DNA of 64,000 nt from a virus, in IMG/VR virus record IMGVR_UViG_3300007640_000027; one strand, given 5' to 3'. Position 1 is the first letter of the stretch; the number at the start of each line of letters is the position of its first letter. Made by a program: the position numbers and the translations under genes. This document shows positions 41,213-50,458 of the stretch, piece by piece. The notes beneath the pieces are model-generated. The model saw nothing but the letters and a program-made list of their open reading frames with translations, was not told the origin of the DNA and searched no databases.

Positions 41213-42976
41213 ATGGAAAACAATAAAGAAATATTATCTTCAATCCCCGAAGTTAAAGCCCACCGTATTTTAGAAAATTACAGTGGGTTTAATAATTATA
41301 TTCTATCCATTAAATCAAAAAAAGAAAAACAAAAACATTTTAAACTGACTCGTGCACAAGCCGATTACATTAACAAATACCATAAAGTAGTTCCAAAGGT
41401 GGCAAGAAAATGGGTGGAATTGGACAGTTATTTTGCAAAAAAAATGATGGAAGATAACCTATATACCAAAATACCTGAGAAAATATATGTGGAAAAACTG
41501 TTGGTTGAAAAAGATAAGGCATACCACATTTGGGGAAAAACATTTGAATCTGAAAAACTACATCCATTTTGGTTACCAAAAGTCGCAATCTTGCAAAATC
41601 AAAATCAGGTTGAGGTTAATATTGATTATGAAAAATATTCTCATAGACCACCATTATCTCATCAAAAGGAAGCGATTGAAAAATTGGTTGGGAACAAAAA
41701 ATTCATTTTGGCGGATGATATGGGATTGGGAAAGACGACCTCAACTGTTATCGGAGCATTAGAAACGGGTGCAAAAAAGATAATGATTGTTTGTCCCGCA
41801 TCCTTAAAACTGAATTGGAAACGGGAAATTGAAAATTATACAGATAGGTCAATTTCTGTTATTGAAGGGAAAAAATGGGAAAGTGCAGACTTTGTGATCA
41901 TCAATTATGATATTATCAAAAATTTTCACGATTCCAAAAATAAAGAAGAATCAATCATCTTGCAAGAAGATTTTGATTTAATTGTATTAGATGAGGCCCA
42001 TTATATTCAGAACACACAAGCCAAAAGAACCAAACTGTTAAATGATGTGATATCACAAATTGATCGGGTTTGGTTTTTAACAGGAACCCCAATGACCTCA
42101 CGTCCAATTAATTATTATAATTTGTTGGATTTGGTGGAATCACCCGTCGCTTACAATTGGATGGCGTATGTTATTCGTTATTGCGAAGGTTACCAATTTA
42201 ATGTCGGAGCAAGAAAAGTATGGAACGTAAATGGGGCATCCAATTTGGAAGAATTAAGAGATAGAACCAAATCTCACGTATTAAGAAGATTAAAAGAAGA
42301 TATTTTAGATTTACCTGAGAAAATTATAACTCCCGTCTATTTGAGATTAAAATCAAAAGAATATGAAGAATTAATGGGGGATTATTATGATTGGTACGAA
42401 AATGATGATGAAAAAAAATCTTTGACCGTTCAATTCACAAAATTAATGAAAGTTAGACAATGTATCGCAGAAGAAAAAATAAAAGATACGATTGAACTTG
42501 CTGAAAATATTATTGAACAAGGAAAAAAGGTTTTAATATTCACCAATTTTACTGATACATTAAATCAAATTGCGGATCATTTTGGAAAGAAATCCGTTAA
42601 GTTGGACGGAAGAATGTCAAAGAATGCAAGACAACTCTCTGTTGACCAATTTCAAGAAAATGATAAAATCAAAGTTTTTGTTGGAAACTTAAAAGCAGCT
42701 GGTGTTGGAATTACATTAACCGCGGCCGAAGCCGTTATTATGAATGACTTATCATTTGTCCCATCTGATCACGCACAAGCAGAAGATAGAGCATACCGTT
42801 ATGGTCAAAAATTTTCCGTGTCCGTTTATTACCCGATTTTTGAAAATACTATTGAAGGAGTGATTTATGATATTTTAAATAAGAAGAAAAAAATCATCCG
42901 AACAGTAATGGGGGACGACGAAGGATCAACAGATACGTTTGAAGAAATAATGAATTTGATCAATAAACGAAAATAA
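41213..42976 (+). CDS. SNF2-family helicase/ATPase
   Basis: LADDMGLGKT, VCPASLKLNW, LDEAHY, LTGTP, RRLKEDIL, GVGITL, QAEDRAYRYGQ. Confidence 0.92.
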   Translation: MENNKEILSSIPEVKAHRILENYSGFNNYILSIKSKKEKQKHFKLTRAQADYINKYHKVVPKVARKWVELDSYFAKKMMEDNLYTKIPEKIYVEKLLVEKDKAYHIWGKTFESEKLHPFWLPKVAILQNQNQVEVNIDYEKYSHRPPLSHQKEAIEKLVGNKKFILADDMGLGKTTSTVIGALETGAKKIMIVCPASLKLNWKREIENYTDRSISVIEGKKWESADFVIINYDIIKNFHDSKNKEESIILQEDFDLIVLDEAHYIQNTQAKRTKLLNDVISQIDRVWFLTGTPMTSRPINYYNLLDLVESPVAYNWMAYVIRYCEGYQFNVGARKVWNVNGASNLEELRDRTKSHVLRRLKEDILDLPEKIITPVYLRLKSKEYEELMGDYYDWYENDDEKKSLTVQFTKLMKVRQCIAEEKIKDTIELAENIIEQGKKVLIFTNFTDTLNQIADHFGKKSVKLDGRMSKNARQLSVDQFQENDKIKVFVGNLKAAGVGITLTAAEAVIMNDLSFVPSDHAQAEDRAYRYGQKFSVSVYYPIFENTIEGVIYDILNKKKKIIRTVMGDDEGSTDTFEEIMNLINKRK

Positions 42977-43031
42977 CCTCATTTTTCTTAACATTTGGTT
43001 CATAAGAATATTTATATATTAAAAAGACAAC

Positions 43032-44612
43032 GTGAAATTTAATATTTTAAGAAAAAAAGTTGATCTGATTACAGAACAAATAAACGGAAACCAAAGGTAC
43101 CCGAAAACAGCCGTTCTCAACGAAATCTACAAAAAGGTACCTCAAGAAATATTACTAGAAATGAAAGAAATAGGTATTGAAGAATTGCCCTATTCTTACG
43201 GTGCATTAAAACGTTTTATTGATGCAGAAACAATGGATATTCATTATAATAGACATTACAAAGGGTACGTAAAGAAATTAAATAAAGCCTTGGAAAATAA
43301 AGAAGACGGTGATTTGGAATTAGAACAAATCATCAAAGGAATATCAAGGTTCAATAAAACCGTTCGTGATAACGCCGGTGGAGCATTTAACCACGCCTTA
43401 TTTTGGAAAATGCTAAGCCCAAAAAGACAAAGAGCACACGGAAAGGTTTATGAAAAAATCAAAAAAGACTTCGGTGATTTTAATGGTTTTAGAAATCGTT
43501 TTGAAACCGTCGCAAGAAAAAGATTCGGTTCAGGTTGGGTTTGGTTGGTATTAACCAAAAGAGGTGACCTTAAAATTATGTCCACCGCAAATCAAGATAA
43601 TCCGTTAATGAACGTAATTAAAAATGGGGGTTACCCAATTTTGGGATTGGACCTGTGGGAACACGCATATTATTTAAAGTACAAAAATAAAAGAGATGAA
43701 TACATTAAAAACTTTTGGAAAGTTATAAATTGGGAATTTGTTAATCAACTTTATAACCTCAGAACACAAAAAAAAGTTAATGAGTCTCGTAATATCAAAC
43801 AAGTAATTAGTGAAGGAAAAAGTTTGGGTTGCAACAGAAAACAAGTTGGTTTTTATGCTCAACTTTTTAACAAAAATTACAACATTAAAAACCGATACAA
43901 AAATACCATTATGAGTATTTTGAAAGAACTTTTTCACGATTATTGGTACGATGCTGATGAATACGGAAAAGATGAATTATCGGGTGTTTATGATTTTGAA
44001 CAACCTGGTCGTTCGGTAATTAACAAATTGAACACTAACTATACCGCATTCTGCACATTGGTTAATGATTTAAACCAATATCTTAAACTTAATGGTATTG
44101 ATCCCATCGCATTTAACTTAGATGATAAAAGACAACAGTTATCAGAATTGGACCGTTTTTTAAGATACCTAATGGAATTGAGATATAGAATCTTTTCACC
44201 AGAATCAGAGACATTCAAAAAAGTAATGTCAGGTTTGGATATCAATAACCGTTCAGGTGACAAACGAGAAGTTGATGCGGTGAAAGATTTAAAAATAATC
44301 TTTAATACCGATGAAGTGGAAAAAGAAGGGGGTCTTGGTAAAAAAGTGGATGCACTCGGTGGTGTTGATGCTTATGTAATGACACCCGAAGGTAAAAAAA
44401 CCGTTCAAATTAAACCCCTAAGTGGTTATGAAGTTAAAGATGGTTTTGTTATTCTTTATGGAACAGGTAATGTTGCACCATATAAAACAGACTATATGGC
44501 GTTTAAACATAACACCAAAGGAACCTTCGTTTTTGATAACGCACAGACAAAAATTATTGACGGAAAATACGTTTATCCGATCTCTGCACTTTATAATAAT
44601 ATAGATTTATAA
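43032..44612 (+). CDS. Fe/Mn superoxide dismutase fused to a C-terminal PD-(D/E)xK nuclease-like domain
   Basis: LPYSYGAL, IHYNRH, NAGGAFNHALFW, FGSGWVWL, TANQDNP, DLWEHAYY; C-terminal RE...GGVDAY...TVQIKP; GTG start 16 nt after TATTTAT. Confidence 0.85.
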   Translation: MKFNILRKKVDLITEQINGNQRYPKTAVLNEIYKKVPQEILLEMKEIGIEELPYSYGALKRFIDAETMDIHYNRHYKGYVKKLNKALENKEDGDLELEQIIKGISRFNKTVRDNAGGAFNHALFWKMLSPKRQRAHGKVYEKIKKDFGDFNGFRNRFETVARKRFGSGWVWLVLTKRGDLKIMSTANQDNPLMNVIKNGGYPILGLDLWEHAYYLKYKNKRDEYIKNFWKVINWEFVNQLYNLRTQKKVNESRNIKQVISEGKSLGCNRKQVGFYAQLFNKNYNIKNRYKNTIMSILKELFHDYWYDADEYGKDELSGVYDFEQPGRSVINKLNTNYTAFCTLVNDLNQYLKLNGIDPIAFNLDDKRQQLSELDRFLRYLMELRYRIFSPESETFKKVMSGLDINNRSGDKREVDAVKDLKIIFNTDEVEKEGGLGKKVDALGGVDAYVMTPEGKKTVQIKPLSGYEVKDGFVILYGTGNVAPYKTDYMAFKHNTKGTFVFDNAQTKIIDGKYVYPISALYNNIDL

Positions 44613-44643
44613 AAAGTAAGATATTTATAATAAAAATATCACT

Positions 44644-45756
44644 ATGTCTATAATTAACGAACCAGATAGAAGTAAACTTTATACGAGAGTTAAACACCTA
44701 TTAGGTGCACCTATAAGAAGTGTTGAAATAGAGGATGAAATGATGGATTCTCTACTTGAACTTTCAATTCAGGACTATGCACAATACGTTAATGATTGGT
44801 TGATTGAATCACAATGGACATCTTTATATGGGCTTAATTTAGATGAACAATCTTTAACTCGTGCATTTACATCACGATCATTAGATTGGGAAACTCAATA
44901 TACATACGCTTACTCTAAAATTGTTGGACTACAAGCGGGGGGTGATTCTGAACTTAAAAAAGATTATATTGATCTCGTACCAAATCAACAAATATACGAA
45001 ATTCCTGCGGGTAGAGAGGTAAATGAACTTTTATGGTTTAGTAGATCTGAACTTGATGCCGCATTCTTTGATCCGTTTATGGGTGGATTCGGAGGATTTG
45101 GTGGTATCGGTTTGGGTGGTGCTGCTGGTTTTTCACAAATGGGTACAATGGGTAACTACTTTATTACACCCGCCTTTGATATCTTATTAAGAATGCAAGA
45201 TATTAACATTAAAAGAAGAATTATTTCTGGTGAACTTACTTATCGTATTACCGCACTTGCTGAAGGTAAAAAAGCATTACATTTAATGAATGTACCTGGT
45301 GGTAAGTTTGACTTCGGTAATATTCAATTTAATGAATATAGAGTTTGGTATTGGTATTATGATACTTTTGATAGAGAAGATTGTTTGGCAAAAAATCCTG
45401 ATGTGGTACGTTTACCGTCAGATATTCCAATTGACGAAATGAAATGGGACGAATTAAATACACCCGCACAAGCATGGGTTCGTAAATGGTTTGTTGCATA
45501 TGTAAAAGAAACTGTTGGTCGTGTTAGAGGAAAATATCAGGGTAATTTAAAAACACCTGATAGTGAAATTCAAATGGAATATGATTCTTTATTAACTGAA
45601 TCTAAGGACGAAAGATCAAAGTTAATTGAAGAACTTACACAAAGATTGGAAAGATTAAGACCAGAAAAAATGATGGAGAGGGAAGCATCCGTTGCTGAAA
45701 ATCTTAACAAATCACTTCAATACCGAGCATTCCCAAGACAATTTTATGTAATATAA
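44644..45756 (+). CDS. Neck / head-tail adaptor protein (T4 gp13-like)
   Basis: VKHLLGAPIRSVEIEDEMMDSLLELSIQDY; WVRKWFVAYVKETVGRVRGKY. Confidence 0.75.
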   Translation: MSIINEPDRSKLYTRVKHLLGAPIRSVEIEDEMMDSLLELSIQDYAQYVNDWLIESQWTSLYGLNLDEQSLTRAFTSRSLDWETQYTYAYSKIVGLQAGGDSELKKDYIDLVPNQQIYEIPAGREVNELLWFSRSELDAAFFDPFMGGFGGFGGIGLGGAAGFSQMGTMGNYFITPAFDILLRMQDINIKRRIISGELTYRITALAEGKKALHLMNVPGGKFDFGNIQFNEYRVWYWYYDTFDREDCLAKNPDVVRLPSDIPIDEMKWDELNTPAQAWVRKWFVAYVKETVGRVRGKYQGNLKTPDSEIQMEYDSLLTESKDERSKLIEELTQRLERLRPEKMMEREASVAENLNKSLQYRAFPRQFYVI

Positions 45757-46103
45757 TGGCAATTTATAAGTCAATACCCTCAATTAGAATTATCAATGGA
45801 AGGGAAATTAGAACTTCCGATAATGCTATTGTAAGTAGTCCAAGATACCGAACAAGTGGTGAAAGTTGCATTATAGTAAAAGATATACCTGAGGCACAAA
45901 TTATATTGGACGAAACAAATACGGATCACCTAACAATCAAATCAATAACCAAAACTATTATTCAAACAAACTTATTGATTGATGATAAGTTTAAAGAAAT
46001 TGAACTCGGAAATGAATCTTCAGTTGAGTTAAAATTTGTTATGGGTGGTTGGTACATCTTATCTTCTGATGGTTTGAAAGAAGAAGATTTAAGCATTGAC
46101 TAA
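45756..46103 (+). CDS. Hypothetical beta-rich protein
   Basis: 115 aa, coupled to the gp13-like gene. Confidence 0.55.
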   Translation: MAIYKSIPSIRIINGREIRTSDNAIVSSPRYRTSGESCIIVKDIPEAQIILDETNTDHLTIKSITKTIIQTNLLIDDKFKEIELGNESSVELKFVMGGWYILSSDGLKEEDLSID

Positions 46104-48917
46104 ATCTAACCCCACCAACTTCTTATTTTTTTCCACATAATTCATATCAACCAAATCCAATGTATTTTCCAAATACATATAAAACGGATCTTTTTGCATT
46201 TTCTTCCAAAACACAATTTCCATATCTGAAAGGGTTAATACCTCATCCAAATCATCTTGGTCCCCATCTCTTCTCGGATAACCTCTCACCAATTCTGTTT
46301 GGGTGTGAGTAAATAAAGGACGATCCGCAGGATCTTCAATCAATATTTCATCACGAATATCAGGATGAAAAACAACCAATAGGGGTTCAATTCTTTTATT
46401 AAATGAACTGATGTAACGAGCGATGTTATATTCACCCAATTTATCGGGATAATTTTCAATATCTTTTTCATCAATTAAATAACAATTCAATTGAATATCA
46501 ACATCATCTGCGGGCATTGTTTTTCCGTATTTTGCCTTGTATTCACGTTTTTCTTGTGCGGTTGCGTTCCAAACATTTTTCTTAACCACATCGCCGTGTG
46601 ATTTTTTCTCACCATTATTCACATAATAAATGGTGTCACCCAAACCAACAGGAAGGTTATGTTGAATTGCAAGTTCCATATGTGCTTGACGTGACATTAA
46701 TGATCCCGCTTTGGTTTTCTTTGTAATATGAACTTTATATTCATTAATACTTTGTTTTACCCTTGCTTTGTTTGCAATCTTTGCAATTGGAATTTGTTGG
46801 TTATAAATCTTCTCCAAATATTCATAATAGTAGTCCAAAAATTCGTGTCCCTTACCGTCCAATAACAATCTTAATCCGTGATCCAAAAACTCTGCAACAT
46901 ATGTGGGTAATTTTTTTGACTTAATGGTGTTACCTGTAAGTTTTACTTTACCCTTATCAGTAAGAAGGGCATAGTTTTTACGGGCAACATTTATGGTTGA
47001 CGGCCAAATACCATCTGTATCCAACCCCATTTCACCTCTCATAAACAGATCATTATATTCAGCAACATCGGCTTCGGTTCCGTGATATTCTTTTCCTTCA
47101 ACAACCAAATCATTTAATCCTTTTCCAATATAAGTTTGCGATTCACGACCAGGTGGTGATGAGAAGTTCACACCATCCGTATCCATAACGAGGGGTTTGT
47201 AACCTCTATCCATAAACCACATAATCATCTGACGAAGGTATTGACGACCTGTACAGGTGATCTGTTCACCCATATCCATATCACCCCACGGGAATACTTG
47301 TGGTGCGGATAATGAACCAAAGAATGCGTTAATAAAGATTTTAATTGGCAACTGTTTGCGGTTATATTTTAAAGATTCTTTTGGGTTGGTTTCATATAGG
47401 TCCGCAGCCAGTTTTTTGTATTTGATACGAGTATCACGGAAATACTTTAACATACTTTTCATTGCACCTGTAACATCACATTCAGGGAATACATCGTGAA
47501 CCAACTGAATGGATGGGTATAGTGAAGAATAGTCAAGTTTTAATACATTAGTTGAATACCCAACAGCAAGTAGTCGTGATAAACCACCGGTAAATGATCT
47601 TTTTTCACCTTTTTGGGGTATTGCAAGACCTTTTTTATAAGACCATGCGGCCATAATCATTTTCCATAATGTTGCAGTTCCCATCGTTGATAACCTTTCA
47701 TATGTGGTCGGAACCAGTTTTGAAAGAAGGAAATTTGCCTGATTGAATTCTTCATCAACCACCATCGTTTCCCAAATATCATCATAAAGGTATCTTTCAA
47801 TGATGTATTGACCATTAACCTTTTCAAAAGCATCAGGGAACCGTTCCATAAGATTTTCGGTACCAGGTGCACCAACTTCTTTATAACCACCTGATTTTGG
47901 ATTAAAATAATAATCTTTGTTATCAAAATAGATTTTTCCGATTTTATCTCCCTCAACATAAACCCGATTTTCTTTTTCTGCTCCGATGAATTTGGTAATA
48001 TATTTCAAACCCCAACTTTTGATATCCGAGTTGATGGCTTGCGCTCTGCGAACCGCATGAGCAATGTCCACAATATTATAACCCCACATTTGAATTTGGG
48101 TATATTCCTCCATCTCATTTGCCAATTTGAGCATCCCTTGTTTTTGTTTGATTTTGGATTGAGGATTTAATGTTTTTGCAATCTTTTTGGGGTTCAAACC
48201 CAAAATCTCCGCTCTCCTTAAAATAAAAGGAAAGTCAAAGAATGCCGAGTTATAACCTCCGACCAATGAAGGACGAAGTTGCGCAATTGTATTGAAGAAC
48301 TCAATAATAACCTGTTTTTCTTCATCATCATTTTCACATGCGATAACCTTTTCAAAACCACGGTTATCTTTCATTCCGATTAAGAATATTCTGCTGGTCT
48401 CGGGAGATAAACCTGTGGTCTCAATATCAAATACAAATCGGTGAACCTCATCATATTCATCAAATCCTTTGAATAACCTTTTGTTTTTCTGAACGAGATA
48501 TTGTTCGGTTGGTGATAATATGATGATGTGTTTTGAATTTCCGCGTTCCCACGGATCCAATCCACCGTTTTTGAAAAAGTTAACCAAGTTTGCATATGAT
48601 TTGGTGGATTTAACCAAAAACTTAAAACCCTTTTCCATGCGAGGATCACCCATTGTATCTTGCTTCTCAATGATAATCCCGTGTTCAGACATCGCCTCTT
48701 TCTGTTGAGCCTTTGATCCGTTATAAAATTTTAATCCGTGAAGATTTCCGACCCATGCGAAGGGAACAAAGGAGTCGGTCTTAATTACCTTACCTTGTTC
48801 GGGGTGTTGAATGATTTTGTATATTTTTCCTGACGCATAATCATATTCAAGTGATACGATATATTTTTCAGGGTCCTCTCCATTGAGGAACTCTTCAATT
48901 TCTTGTTGTGATACCAT
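46089..48917 (-). CDS. polB: Family B DNA polymerase
   Basis: ExoI FDIETTG, ExoII GYNSAFFD, motif A LDYSSLYPS, motif B KIFINAFFG, motif C DTDG, RKNYA; likely start ATG 48917 (track uses GTG 48953). Confidence 0.93.
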   Translation of the reverse strand: MVSQQEIEEFLNGEDPEKYIVSLEYDYASGKIYKIIQHPEQGKVIKTDSFVPFAWVGNLHGLKFYNGSKAQQKEAMSEHGIIIEKQDTMGDPRMEKGFKFLVKSTKSYANLVNFFKNGGLDPWERGNSKHIIILSPTEQYLVQKNKRLFKGFDEYDEVHRFVFDIETTGLSPETSRIFLIGMKDNRGFEKVIACENDDEEKQVIIEFFNTIAQLRPSLVGGYNSAFFDFPFILRRAEILGLNPKKIAKTLNPQSKIKQKQGMLKLANEMEEYTQIQMWGYNIVDIAHAVRRAQAINSDIKSWGLKYITKFIGAEKENRVYVEGDKIGKIYFDNKDYYFNPKSGGYKEVGAPGTENLMERFPDAFEKVNGQYIIERYLYDDIWETMVVDEEFNQANFLLSKLVPTTYERLSTMGTATLWKMIMAAWSYKKGLAIPQKGEKRSFTGGLSRLLAVGYSTNVLKLDYSSLYPSIQLVHDVFPECDVTGAMKSMLKYFRDTRIKYKKLAADLYETNPKESLKYNRKQLPIKIFINAFFGSLSAPQVFPWGDMDMGEQITCTGRQYLRQMIMWFMDRGYKPLVMDTDGVNFSSPPGRESQTYIGKGLNDLVVEGKEYHGTEADVAEYNDLFMRGEMGLDTDGIWPSTINVARKNYALLTDKGKVKLTGNTIKSKKLPTYVAEFLDHGLRLLLDGKGHEFLDYYYEYLEKIYNQQIPIAKIANKARVKQSINEYKVHITKKTKAGSLMSRQAHMELAIQHNLPVGLGDTIYYVNNGEKKSHGDVVKKNVWNATAQEKREYKAKYGKTMPADDVDIQLNCYLIDEKDIENYPDKLGEYNIARYISSFNKRIEPLLVVFHPDIRDEILIEDPADRPLFTHTQTELVRGYPRRDGDQDDLDEVLTLSDMEIVFWKKMQKDPFYMYLENTLDLVDMNYVEKNKKLVGLDLVNA

Positions 48918-48989
48918 AATATTTGTTTTTTCCGTCTGAGATATTTTGCTCACACCGCAATGATGTGATTACTCTTTGACATTTTTCAA

Positions 48990-49018
48990 AATATAAGACA
49001 AAAAAAACCTTAAGTCAA
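48990..49018 (-). promoter_or_regulatory. Sigma70-like promoter for polB
   Basis: TTGACT-N17-TATATT on the minus strand. Confidence 0.6.
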
Positions 49019-49039
49019 TTTGGGGTAAGTAATAATTTT

Positions 49040-49687
49040 TTACTCTTCGCTGTTATCATCATAGAAGAAGACATCTTGATCACCAACACTCCACTTGGTC
49101 CCGTCTTCACAATAAAATTCTGTAGTTGATACTTTAAAATCAGGTATTTTAATACCTTTTGGTGTCAATGATTGATCATAATATAATACGCGATTATTTG
49201 GTTGTGCCGCGAATTGCCCATTTTCTAATTTTATAATATTAAATGATTTGTGTTCGTTAGGTGTTTCAGAAAGGGATACATTTAACTCATTCGGATCCGA
49301 ATGGCAAGAATCTATTGTAAACAAATAGTTACCACTATAAAATTTTTTATTTTTCATATAAACTCTACAATCTAAATTAGATAATGTTGATTTTTCAATA
49401 ACAGTTATATTATATGAAAACGCGTCCCACAATTCTAAATGATCCAAAGGTAACAACTCATCTTCATTTAAATCTGTTTTCCAAACATATGCCGATATGG
49501 GTAACTTATCATATACCGCACCATAATTGGTTAAATAAGACTCAAAGTATAGTGCACTACCCTTAATGGATTTTACTGATACCCAATAACAAGGCTCAAA
49601 CTCACCGTAACCTTTTTCAAAATCATACAAATATTCTTTTCTAACATAACATTCTAATGGTGGTAAGTTCGCAACTAAGTAACTCAT
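49040..49687 (-). CDS. Phage protein of unknown function
   Basis: 215 aa clean ORF (YLVANLPP..CYVRKEYLYD...GQFAAQPNNR). Confidence 0.6.
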   Translation of the reverse strand: MSYLVANLPPLECYVRKEYLYDFEKGYGEFEPCYWVSVKSIKGSALYFESYLTNYGAVYDKLPISAYVWKTDLNEDELLPLDHLELWDAFSYNITVIEKSTLSNLDCRVYMKNKKFYSGNYLFTIDSCHSDPNELNVSLSETPNEHKSFNIIKLENGQFAAQPNNRVLYYDQSLTPKGIKIPDFKVSTTEFYCEDGTKWSVGDQDVFFYDDNSEE

Positions 49688-49697
49688 ATTTAATACA

Positions 49698-50051
49698 TTA
49701 AATTATGTTTATATATAAAATTTCTCGTATCGGTGCAATTAACTCACCCATTGAATTCACAATATGAAATTCACCTTCATATCTCCCTTTTCTATTAGTG
49801 TCTCTTTTTGAGAATTTGTAGTAGATATAATATTCCGTTGGTGAGTCGGGGTTGTTTTTTGTTTTTGTTGTGATGTAAGCATTATTCATCAAAATCTTTT
49901 GGATTCCGTTATCCGTATTCTTCATTGAAAAACGAATGGTTGCGGTATCCAAATCGGCATCAAATATTTTGTAAGCATCTGTTCTTCCGTCACGGACAAC
50001 TTGCATCTTTAAGATTGGTAATTCACTATTTTGTTTGATAAAAAATTCCAT
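49698..50051 (-). CDS. Ig-like / BppU N-terminal-like structural protein, paralog 2
   Basis: MEFFIKQNSELPILK...GRYEGEF; clear paralog of 50052..50447. Confidence 0.55.
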   Translation of the reverse strand: MEFFIKQNSELPILKMQVVRDGRTDAYKIFDADLDTATIRFSMKNTDNGIQKILMNNAYITTKTKNNPDSPTEYYIYYKFSKRDTNRKGRYEGEFHIVNSMGELIAPIREILYINII

Positions 50052-50447
50052 TTATTTATTTGGTTTGCAACATAAATCCACCTCACTGAATGAATCATCA
50101 ATGTTTATAAATAGTTTATTTCTTAAAGGCAAAATAATTTCACCCTGACTATTTGTAATCTTAAACTCCGCTTGAAATCTTCCCATTTTTCGGGTTTCTT
50201 TTCTGGTGAATTGATAATAAACAAAATAATCTTCTTCAGGTCCGTCACCGGTCGTATTTGTTTTTTTAACTACAAATGCGGGTTTATTAACAATAACATC
50301 CATATCCGTTTCCACGTTTTTCATAGAAAAAGTAATGGTTGAACTGTTGGTTAAATTATCAAACTCACGAAAATCTAATCTTCCGTCCTTAATAATTTGA
50401 ACCTTTAATATCGGTAACGTACTATTTTTCTTTATAAAAAATTCCAT
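50052..50447 (-). CDS. Ig-like / BppU N-terminal-like structural protein, paralog 1
   Basis: MEFFIKKNSTLPILK...GRFQAEF. Confidence 0.55.
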   Translation of the reverse strand: MEFFIKKNSTLPILKVQIIKDGRLDFREFDNLTNSSTITFSMKNVETDMDVIVNKPAFVVKKTNTTGDGPEEDYFVYYQFTRKETRKMGRFQAEFKITNSQGEIILPLRNKLFINIDDSFSEVDLCCKPNK

Positions 50448-50458
50448 ATTCTGTTATA

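Noticed and set aside
45079-45135. Gly-rich low-complexity stretch GGFGGFGGIGLGGAAG in the gp13-like protein
   Set aside because: Short in-frame low-complexity loop, not a DNA repeat element
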